IMG/VR virus record: IMGVR_UViG_3300025597_000012
Strand: one strand, 5' to 3'
Length of the DNA stretch: 64,000 nt
DNA from: a virus
In this document: in pieces, positions 29,529-39,923 of the stretch
How the letters are laid out: each line of letters opens with the position of its first letter
Numbering within the stretch: position 1 is the stretch's first letter
Made by a program: the position numbers and the translations under genes
The notes under the pieces: generated by a model
What the model was told of the DNA's origin: nothing
The model's database searches: none
What the model saw: only the letters and a program-made list of their open reading frames with translations

Positions 29529-29717
29529 TTAGTTAGACAAATCTTTAATATAACGTCTCTTTACATTTACAAGAGAGCGTTTAACTTGACGAGCAGTTCT
29601 TTCAGAAACACCGAAGTTTTCAGAAAGCCATGAATCGCCTTTTTTCAGATAAGAAGGTTTTGTCTTAAGAATGTTTGTAAAATTTGTGATTGTCATATTG
29701 ATTAATTTATACAGCAA
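29529..29717 (-). CDS. Small HTH DNA-binding protein
   Basis: WLSENFGVSERTARQVKRSL helix-turn-helix; flanked by terminators. Confidence 0.45.
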   Translation of the reverse strand: MLYKLINMTITNFTNILKTKPSYLKKGDSWLSENFGVSERTARQVKRSLVNVKRRYIKDLSN

Positions 29718-29777
29718 ATGTACGACCTTTTCGCCATATAAAAAAATTTATTAAGTTAAAAGACTGTTAAAGGAAAG

Positions 29778-29802
29778 AAAAAAAAAGGGCGTAGAAACGC
29801 CC
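29778..29802 (-). terminator. Intrinsic terminator downstream of the collagen-like gene
   Basis: GGGCG-UUUCUA-CGCCC then U9. Confidence 0.6.
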
Positions 29803-29846
29803 GGTAGAAGGAAAACCAATATAACCTTTCTACTATCTTTAATTAC

Positions 29847-30782
29847 TTATACTAGAGTTCCTATGTAATAAGTAAATGTAAACCAATATGTTTCAGCTAC
29901 ACCTGTACCTATTCCTACAGCATAAAATTCAGCTAAATCATCAGCGGCTCTTGCTCGTATAGCAAAGCCTGCTCCTGAGTTACTACCATTACTACAAGCA
30001 GTTCCACCACAGTTTTCTTCTGCTGTAAAATTGGCAGCAATAGGTAAGCTAATTGTCATTTTTGTAACAGTTCCTGCATTTGTAAATACTAATCTAAATC
30101 TACCACTAACAGTAACTACATTACCAACTCTTAAATACTGACATTGGTATGCTGTTGTACTAGTTACGTTACCATCACCAGCTAATGTAGGTGTATATGT
30201 TCCAGCATCTAATGAAAATGAAGGGGATGTTCCAGAGGTACCTGCTGTACCAGAAGTACCGTGTGTTCCAGATGTACCAGAAGTTCCAGCGGCACCATTA
30301 ACTCCTGAAGTTCCGTTTGCTCCAGATGTGCCAGAAGTTCCAGCAGCACCGTTCACTCCTGAAGTTCCAGCAGCACCGTTCACTCCTGAAGTTCCAGCAG
30401 CACCATTTACACCAGATGTTCCATTAACTCCTGATGTTCCTGATGTTCCATTTGAACCAGCAACACCTGCAGCAGAAGTACCTGATGTACCATTTATGCC
30501 CGATGTACCATTACGTCCAGAAGTACCTGATGTACCACTAAAATTATCACCTATTAAGTCATCAATTTTTTCAAGAATTTGCTCAACAGTTGATAAATTA
30601 GGCATTGCAATATTGTTCAGTTTTGTTGGTTTATCATCTTTAGAATGATAAATAACACACTGAGAATCAATTTGCTCTATACATATATTCTGTTCGGTAC
30701 ATTGTTCACAATAGGGAACTTGTGGTTCAGAAATAGTAACTACGCTGCCTCCGGGTAATTCATTGCAATTTAAACAGCTCAT
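29847..30782 (-). CDS. Collagen-like fibre protein with Cys-rich N-terminal domain
   Basis: GTSGTSGRNGTSGINGTSG…(GAAGTSGVN)n Gly-X-Y triplets. N-terminal domain paralogous to the 30793 gene (…CVIYH…). Confidence 0.75.
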   Translation of the reverse strand: MSCLNCNELPGGSVVTISEPQVPYCEQCTEQNICIEQIDSQCVIYHSKDDKPTKLNNIAMPNLSTVEQILEKIDDLIGDNFSGTSGTSGRNGTSGINGTSGTSAAGVAGSNGTSGTSGVNGTSGVNGAAGTSGVNGAAGTSGVNGAAGTSGTSGANGTSGVNGAAGTSGTSGTHGTSGTAGTSGTSPSFSLDAGTYTPTLAGDGNVTSTTAYQCQYLRVGNVVTVSGRFRLVFTNAGTVTKMTISLPIAANFTAEENCGGTACSNGSNSGAGFAIRARAADDLAEFYAVGIGTGVAETYWFTFTYYIGTLV

Positions 30783-30792
30783 TTATTATAGT

Positions 30793-31254
30793 TTAGGCGG
30801 GAGTTATCGTAATTTTATAAATTACGTTATTTAAATTTATATGAAGTTCTGATAAGTCGGTTCTAAACCAGTATTGTCCGGGTTTAGAATCACTAAGTGT
30901 ACCATCAATATTTCCTAAATAAAAGGAGTTTTTAATATTACATAGTTCTGTGTCAACTGCTTGTATGAATTGTTGTAGGGTATTTACAACATAGTTTTGT
31001 CTTAAACAAGGCAAATCAAAATCAATTACATTAAGTTGTTTTATTTTTTCATCTATACTTTCTATTACAAGTTCTAGTGTTGCACCATTTGATAAATTTA
31101 ATCCATCAAGTTCAGATACAGCACTATTGCTTTTGTGATAAATCACGCAATCAAAGTCAAGTTGTACGGGACATCCACAATTTGTATTGTAGCTATAGTT
31201 TCCACAACTACATGAATTACATGAATTTCCGCATCTGTTACAATAACAAGACAT
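30793..31254 (-). CDS. Cys-rich small protein (fibre N-domain paralogue)
   Basis: MSCYCNRCGNSCNSCSCGN… and a shared QLDFDCVIYH motif. Confidence 0.55.
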   Translation of the reverse strand: MSCYCNRCGNSCNSCSCGNYSYNTNCGCPVQLDFDCVIYHKSNSAVSELDGLNLSNGATLELVIESIDEKIKQLNVIDFDLPCLRQNYVVNTLQQFIQAVDTELCNIKNSFYLGNIDGTLSDSKPGQYWFRTDLSELHINLNNVIYKITITPA

Positions 31255-31271
31255 TATATATTATTTTAAAA

Positions 31272-32369
31272 TTAAGAATAACAAGGGCCATTATTTGATA
31301 CTACTATATAACTTCCAAGAGGAACTATTCTTGAACATACAGTGTATTGTTGATATTCAGCTACAAATATGGATAAAGGTGCGCTTGTAGTGCAATCTTC
31401 CCATTCTAAAGTAGTTCCACCAGCGTTTGCTTGTATAGTATATGAGTTACAAGTACTAGATGAAACACAAGCATTACAATTAAGAAGAACACTCCAGTTT
31501 CCACTACCAATAGCAAAACCTGTAAAGGTATATACTCCTGCACCGCTATAATCTTGGCATTGTGATACACCGTTGCTATCAGTAACTGTTATAGAGCCTG
31601 CTATACCATCAGCAAATACAAGTAATGTACCTACAGAAGGAGTATTAGCAGTTGTTATAAATGTATTTCCAGAAGTTACTGGGAATGAACCACTTGATGC
31701 TGTAACAGATAATCCATTAAATTTAACATCTGTAATTCTACCAGTTGTTACACAATTTGAATTAGATATAGTACCTACACCACCAGCTACTCCAGAAGTA
31801 CCTGTTGTTCCAGATGTTCCTGAAGAACCTGATGTTCCGTTTGCTCCAGATGTTCCACTATTTCCAGAAGTACCAGAAGTACAATTACATCCAGAAGTAC
31901 CAGATGTTCCACCTCCACCACCATTTTCAATTAAATCACAAATAGCGTCTCTAAAAATAGATAAAATACTTAATAAAGAATAAGTATTTGTTCCTTGAAG
32001 ACAAGGTACTCCTTGAGGAGTAAGACATTTTAAATCTAAAGTTATAAGAGAAGAACCTATATTTAAATCACCAAGGGCTGTTTCTAAATAAGAAAGTCTT
32101 GTTCTTAAATCACAAATTTTATCTATTTCTTCTTGATGTAATTCTTTAATAGTTCCTGTAGCAGGAGTAAAATTAAAGCATTTTGCATCAATATCTGTTA
32201 AATTAGTTCCATCAAATAATTCTTGTAATTTATCATTTGTTAAATTCAATACGTCATCTAACATTGCATCACAATCAAGTGAATCTGCATTTATAAAAGA
32301 TGGTACTACTCCTGTAAAGAGTACGCAACCACTTGGAAAAATATTACCGCAAAATGTTTTGTTACCCAT
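31272..32369 (-). CDS. Collagen-like fibre protein
   Basis: GGGGTSGTSGCNCTSGTSGNSGTSGANGTSG… triplets; Cys-rich termini. Confidence 0.75.
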   Translation of the reverse strand: MGNKTFCGNIFPSGCVLFTGVVPSFINADSLDCDAMLDDVLNLTNDKLQELFDGTNLTDIDAKCFNFTPATGTIKELHQEEIDKICDLRTRLSYLETALGDLNIGSSLITLDLKCLTPQGVPCLQGTNTYSLLSILSIFRDAICDLIENGGGGGTSGTSGCNCTSGTSGNSGTSGANGTSGSSGTSGTTGTSGVAGGVGTISNSNCVTTGRITDVKFNGLSVTASSGSFPVTSGNTFITTANTPSVGTLLVFADGIAGSITVTDSNGVSQCQDYSGAGVYTFTGFAIGSGNWSVLLNCNACVSSSTCNSYTIQANAGGTTLEWEDCTTSAPLSIFVAEYQQYTVCSRIVPLGSYIVVSNNGPCYS

Positions 32370-32381
32370 TATAAATTTTAT

Positions 32382-32675
32382 TTAACACTTTCCTAAGTTA
32401 ATTAGAGAAAGAATAATTCCATTAATTTCGTCAAGTTGTTTTTTAAAAGGACAAGCATCACCTGTATTTATTGCAGAATCAACTGTTCCTATTGCAAAAT
32501 TTATTTTATATTTTTGTATGTTTAATTGGTCAAATAAATTATTAGTTCTTATACATTCTAATTTAGCTTTCCAAATATACATCAATTCTATAGTATAATC
32601 GCAAGTACTTATAGCTGATTGATTTGTATTAGATACAGGTGCTGATACACTAAATGCTGAAGCACAACCACACAT
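32382..32675 (-). CDS. Cys-containing small protein
   Basis: ORF only. Confidence 0.4.
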   Translation of the reverse strand: MCGCASAFSVSAPVSNTNQSAISTCDYTIELMYIWKAKLECIRTNNLFDQLNIQKYKINFAIGTVDSAINTGDACPFKKQLDEINGIILSLINLGKC

Positions 32676-32676
32676 A

Positions 32677-33228
32677 TTAGCAAGTTTGCGTTAATTTATT
32701 TAATGTTTTATTTACTAATGAACTTGCTTTTTGGTAAAGTGTTGATGCTTTTTTAACATTTCCTAAAGCCGCATTACTTTTACCAGATTCAATAGCCAAA
32801 ATAATATCAATTATATTATTTTTAAGTTTTATATCTCTTTCAATATCACAGTCAGATAAATCTAAATATTCATATATTTTTGCAAGTCTATTTTCTAAAT
32901 CTACTGTTCTTAAGTGATATTTTTGAATATATACTTCTTCATACGGACATACTTTAAATTTTAATTTCCAAACACCATCTGGTAAATCAGCTAAATCAAA
33001 AGTATTTAATGTTTCTGTTAAACCTATGGTATTAGAATTAAATGTATTTATTTTTCTTGCTGATACATTTAATAAAAAATATTTTGTATATCCCGGAAGT
33101 GTAACTTCTAAAAGAGGACTTTCAGGTTCTTTATAATACTGAGAAGAATCTAAAAATACTAATGTTCTAGGATTCTTTGTTTCAAGTATTTCAAAATCAA
33201 GTAAATGATGTTTTACTCCTAAACTCAT
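32677..33228 (-). CDS. Hypothetical protein
   Basis: ORF only. Confidence 0.5.
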   Translation of the reverse strand: MSLGVKHHLLDFEILETKNPRTLVFLDSSQYYKEPESPLLEVTLPGYTKYFLLNVSARKINTFNSNTIGLTETLNTFDLADLPDGVWKLKFKVCPYEEVYIQKYHLRTVDLENRLAKIYEYLDLSDCDIERDIKLKNNIIDIILAIESGKSNAALGNVKKASTLYQKASSLVNKTLNKLTQTC

Positions 33229-33229
33229 G

Positions 33230-33739
33230 TTATAAATTTAAATAGTGTGTACCGGGAATAAAATCTTTATTTTTATATTTGTTTAAAAGAGTACTAATAG
33301 AATAACCAAAAGATTTTTCAAAGTGAGGATAATCCTTCCATGATGCTCCCCAAGTCCAGCCATATTTGAGAAATATTTTAACTACTTCCATCCAGTCAAT
33401 AGTATTGTCTTTGTCTATGTCTGTATTTCTATCCCAAATAATTTCATCTCCAGAAATATGACCATCATTATTTTTATCACTTATAAGACAAAAATCTATA
33501 GCTAGTCCGTAATTATGATAAGATTTTCCACCGGGCGCATCTGTTACTTTAGGGCCTGGTTTAGTTCTACCTTGAGCATATAGAGCATCTTGTTCTTCAA
33601 AAGTTCTAAATACCTGAACAAAACGACAACCTAGATTTCCTCCTAAAACTGAACAAATTTCATCATATATCTTTAAAAGTTCATCTTTAAGTTTAGGATG
33701 AATATATTGTATTCTGTCTATTGTTACTTTATCTTTCAT
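33230..33739 (-). CDS. Endolysin, peptidase M15 (L-alanyl-D-glutamate peptidase type)
   Basis: YAQGRTKPGPKVTDAPGGKSYHNYGLAIDF resembles the T5-type endolysin signature; sits next to holin-like genes. Confidence 0.8.
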   Translation of the reverse strand: MKDKVTIDRIQYIHPKLKDELLKIYDEICSVLGGNLGCRFVQVFRTFEEQDALYAQGRTKPGPKVTDAPGGKSYHNYGLAIDFCLISDKNNDGHISGDEIIWDRNTDIDKDNTIDWMEVVKIFLKYGWTWGASWKDYPHFEKSFGYSISTLLNKYKNKDFIPGTHYLNL

Positions 33740-34014
33740 TAATCTACAATTTTTTCGTCACTATTAGTTGTTTCACAATGATTCTCATTAAAGTTTTCAG
33801 TTTCTTTAACTATTTGAGACTTAAGAAATTGTCTTATAAAACCTTCAATAGCTCCGGGAGCAAGCAATAGAATACTACCAGTGATAAGTCCAGCAACACC
33901 CTGCCAAACAAAGTCTATATCCTTTGTCCAGATGAGTACTAATGTTATTACCATTGTAATAGTACCTACTATACTTGTAATCCATCCTTTTACTATATTT
34001 GTTTGTACTGACAT
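33739..34014 (-). CDS. Holin candidate (2 TM)
   Basis: 91 aa with two hydrophobic helices, directly upstream of the endolysin. Confidence 0.5.
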   Translation of the reverse strand: MSVQTNIVKGWITSIVGTITMVITLVLIWTKDIDFVWQGVAGLITGSILLLAPGAIEGFIRQFLKSQIVKETENFNENHCETTNSDEKIVD

Positions 34015-34322
34015 TATTTTATAACAAATTTGAGAATAATCTCCAGACCAGCTATAAGAACTCCAACAAATATCATATTTCTTTGTTGTCTTTTTTCTGA
34101 TTCATCCTGAAGTTTTTTATTAATAGCCATTTCTGTTTCCAGTTGTACTATTCTTTTTGCCTGCTCTGCTAATTCTTTTTGTGTTGTATTGTTTTTTCTA
34201 TAATCATCGAACTCCGTTCTCAAATTATGTAATTCTCTATAAACAAGCTTTAACAATTCCTTTTCAGTGTATTCTGAAGGGTTAAAAATATCTTCCATAG
34301 CCATTTCTAAAACTTTATCCAT
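34014..34322 (-). CDS. Lysis-associated membrane protein (coiled coil plus C-terminal TM)
   Basis: C-terminal hydrophobic helix; lies in the lysis cassette. Confidence 0.4.
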   Translation of the reverse strand: MDKVLEMAMEDIFNPSEYTEKELLKLVYRELHNLRTEFDDYRKNNTTQKELAEQAKRIVQLETEMAINKKLQDESEKRQQRNMIFVGVLIAGLEIILKFVIK

Positions 34323-34332
34323 TTTTTAAATT

Positions 34333-34638
34333 TTAGGCACAATATACACACTTATTTACAAATATTTCAAGAACAGTTTTAGCTCTGTTTAAAGAAGCTC
34401 TATTAGCAGCGGTATTAGGCATACCATTAATATACATTTTTACTGCTCTAGTCAATGTATTATCTCTAAATGTATGAATATCTACAGGGCCAGTTCCTTC
34501 ACAACATGAAGGATTAAGCTTCTCAGAAATTAATGTGATTGCTTTTTGTATATAAACAAGTGCTACTTTACGTCTAGCAAATTGTCTAACATAAGAATTT
34601 ATAAATACCTCCAGAGGAGATTTTTTTAATACTGCCAT
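34333..34638 (-). CDS. Hypothetical protein
   Basis: ORF only. Confidence 0.45.
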   Translation of the reverse strand: MAVLKKSPLEVFINSYVRQFARRKVALVYIQKAITLISEKLNPSCCEGTGPVDIHTFRDNTLTRAVKMYINGMPNTAANRASLNRAKTVLEIFVNKCVYCA

Positions 34639-34651
34639 TTTTGTATTTATT

Positions 34652-34691
34652 AAAAAAGGTGGGTAGGATTCTTGTTAAACCCAAACCCACC
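34652..34691 (-). terminator. Terminator-like hairpin (GGUGGGU…ACCCACC then U6) after the 630-aa structural gene
   Basis: Inverted repeat plus T-run. Confidence 0.45.
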
Positions 34692-34714
34692 TTTGTGTTA
34701 GAAAATTATTACTA

Positions 34715-36607
34715 TTAGAGAACTACAGGTTCTATATTGATATTAGCACTTGAGATGTATCCGTTAACTGCGGCCTCAAAGTTTTTACCTTGACCAGCAG
34801 GGAAGAATACATGAAGATGATAACTATCAGTATATTGCTCTGACCATCCACCTACTTTATAAGAGAAGTCAAATTCAAGCACATACTCATCGTAGTATTT
34901 GTTCGGGTCAGCTTGGAAGCTATATCCTTCAACTTCTCTGATTACAGGGTCAAAAGAACGCTCTTTTAAAGCATAGCTCTTAGACTCTTTTTCAAGTTTT
35001 CTCACATTAGCTCCAAATCCAGCAGGATGTTGGTAAGCTTGGAGTTTCTTAACAGCCCATGCATCTTCTGTAGGAGCTGCGTTGTAATCAGGATTAAAGT
35101 TAGATACCTGAATATGAATTGTTTCTGCTTCGTAAGGGAAGTAATCAAAAGTACATTCACCTGTTACACGATTTACAAAAGCAACTTCAAGTTTAATACC
35201 ACAAAGACAAGTACCTTCGTCTGCAAGTGTAGTATCTGCTTTCCATTCAACTCCTTCAAATGCTTGAGGAATAGTCCATACTAAATCATCCTTAGAACAT
35301 CCTGCTTTTACTGCATTAGAGTAAACGGTTGTGCTATATGTGTGAACACATGAACCACTAGCATTTACAACAGCTACTGTAAGGTTAGGATAAGCTGCTT
35401 GAATATCAGTAAGACGATTTGTTCCACAAACGCTATCAGCGATTGTAAGTTTAAAAGTTTTACCGTATTTAGTTACAGTACCTGCTCCAAGCCATGCTGT
35501 AGTTGTCGGAGAAGTAAGAACACAAGAGTTTCTAGCTTTACCAAGGAATACAACAGTGTCTGTACCAGAAGCGGTAAGAGCAGTTGTAGAAACTACAACA
35601 TAAGTGGAAGTACCAAACTCATAACTTACTCTTGAAGCAACTTCATCACCAGTAAGACTATAATCAGATTTGAATGTAGTTAATGCACCAGCACTACCAG
35701 CATCAAGTCTTGAAATTTTGTAAGCAAATCCACCAGTTACTAAACTGTAACCAGAAGGACAAGTATCACAATCAGGAACGATTGCAATAGCACTGTTTGA
35801 GAAAGAAGTAGGAGTAGAGTTTGTATCTTTAACTACTTGATATACAGATAGATTTCCTTCAATACCTACTCTTTTTACTACATCATTAGGATATTGTGCT
35901 TGAACAATTCCAAGAGCAATATCATCTTTGGTATCACAAATTCTAAGCTCAAATACATAGTCTGTATCAGTTGTTCCTGCTACGGGAGCAGTACATTGGC
36001 TGATAACACTAGCTTTGATAAGAGGTTGTTTACCATAAGGTTGAGTACCGATAAGCGGGTCAGAGTTGATTTGTTTTACCAAATCAGCAGCTATTAGGCG
36101 GCAATCAACACTAGCACAAGGGTCATCACAATCAGGTGATGTACTACGAACAACTGTAGAGAATTGACGAGTAATACCTTGTCTTGAGAAAAGTTTGTCA
36201 ATAGGGCCACCAGTTAACTTGATATACAAGTTTTTGATTTCACCCGGTTTAGCAAATAAAGTGTTTGTATCAGTTACATCACCAGTGTTACCTACAGCCC
36301 ATACTTCTGTTTGACCAGTTTTTGCTGCTTTACCTCTAAAGTTTTTAAGAAGTTTCCCTTTAATGAGTTTTGAATACTCATTTTCATTAGGAACTCCTGA
36401 CATTAAAGATTTGTTAGGAACATCGGGTGTACCCCATACTAACTGAAATGCTTTTGTTGTCGCATAAGTGGGAGAAGTCAATCCTTTGTGGGTCTTGGCA
36501 TCTACAAAGCCAACTTGACCTACAGCGATGCTCTCAACGGTTGCGCCTTGTGCGAGTAAGGCAGGGTTGTTTGTAACGAACACCTGTCTGAACGATTCGT
36601 GAGCCAT
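34715..36607 (-). CDS. Major structural protein, 630 aa (capsid or decoration candidate)
   Basis: S/T/G-rich; followed directly by an intrinsic terminator, as expected for a highly expressed virion gene. Confidence 0.55.
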   Translation of the reverse strand: MAHESFRQVFVTNNPALLAQGATVESIAVGQVGFVDAKTHKGLTSPTYATTKAFQLVWGTPDVPNKSLMSGVPNENEYSKLIKGKLLKNFRGKAAKTGQTEVWAVGNTGDVTDTNTLFAKPGEIKNLYIKLTGGPIDKLFSRQGITRQFSTVVRSTSPDCDDPCASVDCRLIAADLVKQINSDPLIGTQPYGKQPLIKASVISQCTAPVAGTTDTDYVFELRICDTKDDIALGIVQAQYPNDVVKRVGIEGNLSVYQVVKDTNSTPTSFSNSAIAIVPDCDTCPSGYSLVTGGFAYKISRLDAGSAGALTTFKSDYSLTGDEVASRVSYEFGTSTYVVVSTTALTASGTDTVVFLGKARNSCVLTSPTTTAWLGAGTVTKYGKTFKLTIADSVCGTNRLTDIQAAYPNLTVAVVNASGSCVHTYSTTVYSNAVKAGCSKDDLVWTIPQAFEGVEWKADTTLADEGTCLCGIKLEVAFVNRVTGECTFDYFPYEAETIHIQVSNFNPDYNAAPTEDAWAVKKLQAYQHPAGFGANVRKLEKESKSYALKERSFDPVIREVEGYSFQADPNKYYDEYVLEFDFSYKVGGWSEQYTDSYHLHVFFPAGQGKNFEAAVNGYISSANINIEPVVL

Positions 36608-36629
36608 TTTTGTTTAATTTTTGTTTAAG

Positions 36630-37298
36630 TTATTCTTCTGTTAAAATTCTATCTTTTGAAATCTGAAATCCTTCAGCGTTCTCAGATATACCCTGAAATT
36701 CTAAAACACATCTGCTAATTATTTCATTAACAGCTATATCTGGTAAATCAGGATTTATATTCGTTGAATGACTACCATCTATTTTTATGTAGCCTTCAAT
36801 GTCTATACTAATTGGTTCTCTGTAATAAGTTAAATATGTTTCTTTAATTTTAAAGTCATTAAAATAGACTTTTAACTTATTATTTACTGCTGTACAAAGA
36901 CTTTCTTCATAATCAAAAGAGGGTTTAAAATTAGCATCTCTTAAAAGATTTCTGATATTTTTGTCTTTTGTAGGCCAGTTATCAAGTGTTCTAGTACAAT
37001 TACCTCTTGTAGCTATTGAAATACAACTTGATATATCAAAGAAGTCATCAGGGAGTGTGAAATCAAAATGGTCTAAATGCTTGCCCTGAGATTTTAACGA
37101 TAAGTCGTCAACAAGCAAATAGTTTAATTCGTCTAGCTCATTGGTTCCTAGTTTTCTTTTTAATTTCTGTTTAAGCCAGCGTTTAGCTTGCTCATTGTAA
37201 GAAATAACAAATTTACCTTTTGGAACATTTATATTAGAGTTAGAGTCGTTTCTATTCAGTTTAAGAAGAAAGCTGTTATATGCTTCCAGAGAGGTCAT
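36630..37298 (-). CDS. Hypothetical head-region protein
   Basis: ORF only. Confidence 0.5.
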   Translation of the reverse strand: MTSLEAYNSFLLKLNRNDSNSNINVPKGKFVISYNEQAKRWLKQKLKRKLGTNELDELNYLLVDDLSLKSQGKHLDHFDFTLPDDFFDISSCISIATRGNCTRTLDNWPTKDKNIRNLLRDANFKPSFDYEESLCTAVNNKLKVYFNDFKIKETYLTYYREPISIDIEGYIKIDGSHSTNINPDLPDIAVNEIISRCVLEFQGISENAEGFQISKDRILTEE

Positions 37299-38173
37299 TA
37301 TTCTAATTCTTCTTTAAGTGATAAAAATTCTGTAGCAAATTCAGGTTTCTTGAGATTTTCGTAAACCTCTAAAGGATTTGTACCTAAAGTAACCTGTCCT
37401 CTCTGATAGTAACCTTTGTTAAGTCTGATAATTTTCTTCTTAATAGCACGGTCAACAATAATTTTGAACTGAAGTTCTTCATTTGAGAGACCTACTGCTT
37501 TTACAAAGCGTTTGATATTATCAGGTTCAAGTACTGAAGAAATATAATCAGAGAGCATTTTGTATAAAGTCATTTGCTTCATACCAGCTTTATACTTATC
37601 TCCTTCGAGATACTGTCCTACGATAACCATACGATTTTCGTCTTCTGACAGTTTAAGAAGTTCAGAACGAGCTTTATCTCTGCTCATCTGAGTAGAAACT
37701 TCTTCATCATTTACTTTATCCTCTACAAAACAGTAATACTTTGTAGCCCTATATTCAGGCAATCCAGCTTTATTTTTATCAGGGATTGCATAGTGATTAG
37801 ATACTAAAACATGGTATCTTATTACATCTATAGGATTTGCACGATTAAGAACTAGGTCAGAATCACTAGAAAGTCTTACACCAAATGTTTCCCAAAAAGG
37901 ACTTGTTGCACTAAGGTCTTTACCTGTTAGTTTTTCAAGACTTTCACGAAGAGCTTTAGTTTCTTTTGCTACTTTTTCTCTTTCAAAGTCATCTTTAATT
38001 CTTTGAATTTGAAAACTGTCTTCGTCTATTCCTGTAACTGCCCTTCCACCTTCTATAGCAGGCTGGAGAAAATCTCCAGTTGACGGCATTTTACTTCTGT
38101 TGTACTTATTTAACCCTGTTAATGATGCTACATCATCAGGGATTTGTTTGATAGTTACTTTATCGTATATCAT
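37298..38173 (-). CDS. Hypothetical head-region protein
   Basis: ORF only. Confidence 0.5.
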   Translation of the reverse strand: MIYDKVTIKQIPDDVASLTGLNKYNRSKMPSTGDFLQPAIEGGRAVTGIDEDSFQIQRIKDDFEREKVAKETKALRESLEKLTGKDLSATSPFWETFGVRLSSDSDLVLNRANPIDVIRYHVLVSNHYAIPDKNKAGLPEYRATKYYCFVEDKVNDEEVSTQMSRDKARSELLKLSEDENRMVIVGQYLEGDKYKAGMKQMTLYKMLSDYISSVLEPDNIKRFVKAVGLSNEELQFKIIVDRAIKKKIIRLNKGYYQRGQVTLGTNPLEVYENLKKPEFATEFLSLKEELE

Positions 38174-38232
38174 ATTACTGGTTTTTTAAAAGAAATTTGC
38201 GCTTTTTGCGTTATCGCCCAACGACTTATATA

Positions 38233-39900
38233 TTAAGACAATGTATAGGAAGGTCTAGCCTTTTCTATAATAAGAGTCTTAGTTACGTCTTTTACCCAAA
38301 TGTTGGAGAAAGCTTTCATCCAAATTTGATAACCGTCATGGTGGTTAGCAGACATCATACCCTTCATAGCGGCGGGGCCGAGAGGAGAGTGTGTACCTAC
38401 AATGTAACCCCAATAGAGTTCACCATAGTTTTGAGGTTTAACAAGAACGATATTAGCGTTACTATTGAAACCATCATCAACACGGTATTTTACGTTGTCT
38501 ACTCTAGCAGCAGCATTACTTACTTTACCGTCAGTTACGTCCATAATCATATAAGTATATGATTCAATCGGATATTCACCGATAAGACCATCCTGAGTTC
38601 TGCTGTTGTAAACATTATCAAGTGCGGGGTTGATTTCGAACTCAAGCAATCCTGCAACAGGAGAGATGAATTTAACGAATCTGTAACCAAATCCAAGGTT
38701 CATTGAGTCTTTACCGAAAAGAACTCCACCCGGAACATCACCTGTATTTGTTAAGAACGGAACTGTTTGTTTGAATCTATCTTCAAGTTCTTTGGAGATT
38801 TGAATCATACCACCAGTACCAGTCATTACTTTAGTTCTACGTTGCTCAATGGGCACGCCTGATTTTGAGTAAAGGTTGGCTACTGCAGATTCGATAAGGT
38901 TAAGAGTAATCTTGTTATAGATATATCTGTTACCATTACGAAGTTGCTCATAAAGACCAGCACCAATACGGAGAGAACGGCGACCAGAACCTGTAGCGAA
39001 ACCACCTTTAGCCCACATAAGGTCTTTTTCGGTCATCATTTCCATTTCAGCACGAAGTAATACTTCAATAGTAGGCTGCCAAGTTAATGATTTAGGAAGG
39101 GGAGCACCTGTTTTGGGGTCTTTGTTCATATAAACCATTGTAGAACCCATACCTTCAAGACGTTGGTTGATGAAGGCAAGTTGAGGATGCTTAGACTCAT
39201 CAATACGAGCCATATCAGCATAACCTGTAATCCAGTGATTTACAGAACGGTGTCCACCACCAAGTTCCATTTCAAGGTGCATAAAACCAGTACGAAGACC
39301 TTCTGAAGAAATAGAAGATTTTTGAGTATCGTACTCGTTGTTTACGTTAGCTACTTTCATGTACTGAACACCGGGCTGAAGCCAAGCTTTCGGATAGTAA
39401 GTACCTTTACGATTTTTAGAAACGATTTCAACTGTATAAACGAAACCATCAGCTTCTTCTACAATTTCATCTTCTGTTACATATAGCTCGATACCATCAC
39501 GGAAATCGGCTGTAAGACGGTCTGTATTTTGATAGCAGTTTTCATTAAGTTTAAGTTTGAAACGCTGACCATCAAGACCGGGTTTATCGTTGTCTTTTTC
39601 TAAATCCTCAACAACGAAAGGAAGACCCAATTCATAAGGAACACTATAACGGAAACGACCTTCTGTATTAGGAACGTACATTACGTTATTCTTAAGCTCA
39701 GTCATGTTAATCAACGGAGTATTAATAATACTACGCTGGTTCCAAAGAGCGATAAGACCCTTATAAACAGTAAAAGAATCTTTACTGTAGTTGTTATACA
39801 AAAAGTTCAAATCTGTGAACTTCTTTGGGTCGAACTTAGTTTGTCCAACAATAACCGAGTTATTAATTTGATTTAATGTCGGTACTTTAAATTCTGACAT
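38233..39900 (-). CDS. Putative major capsid protein, 555 aa
   Basis: Position immediately after the scaffold-like gene, in the order terminase, portal, scaffold, capsid; few Cys. Confidence 0.45.
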   Translation of the reverse strand: MSEFKVPTLNQINNSVIVGQTKFDPKKFTDLNFLYNNYSKDSFTVYKGLIALWNQRSIINTPLINMTELKNNVMYVPNTEGRFRYSVPYELGLPFVVEDLEKDNDKPGLDGQRFKLKLNENCYQNTDRLTADFRDGIELYVTEDEIVEEADGFVYTVEIVSKNRKGTYYPKAWLQPGVQYMKVANVNNEYDTQKSSISSEGLRTGFMHLEMELGGGHRSVNHWITGYADMARIDESKHPQLAFINQRLEGMGSTMVYMNKDPKTGAPLPKSLTWQPTIEVLLRAEMEMMTEKDLMWAKGGFATGSGRRSLRIGAGLYEQLRNGNRYIYNKITLNLIESAVANLYSKSGVPIEQRRTKVMTGTGGMIQISKELEDRFKQTVPFLTNTGDVPGGVLFGKDSMNLGFGYRFVKFISPVAGLLEFEINPALDNVYNSRTQDGLIGEYPIESYTYMIMDVTDGKVSNAAARVDNVKYRVDDGFNSNANIVLVKPQNYGELYWGYIVGTHSPLGPAAMKGMMSANHHDGYQIWMKAFSNIWVKDVTKTLIIEKARPSYTLS

Positions 39901-39923
39901 GATTGTTAATTTTTACTTTAAAT

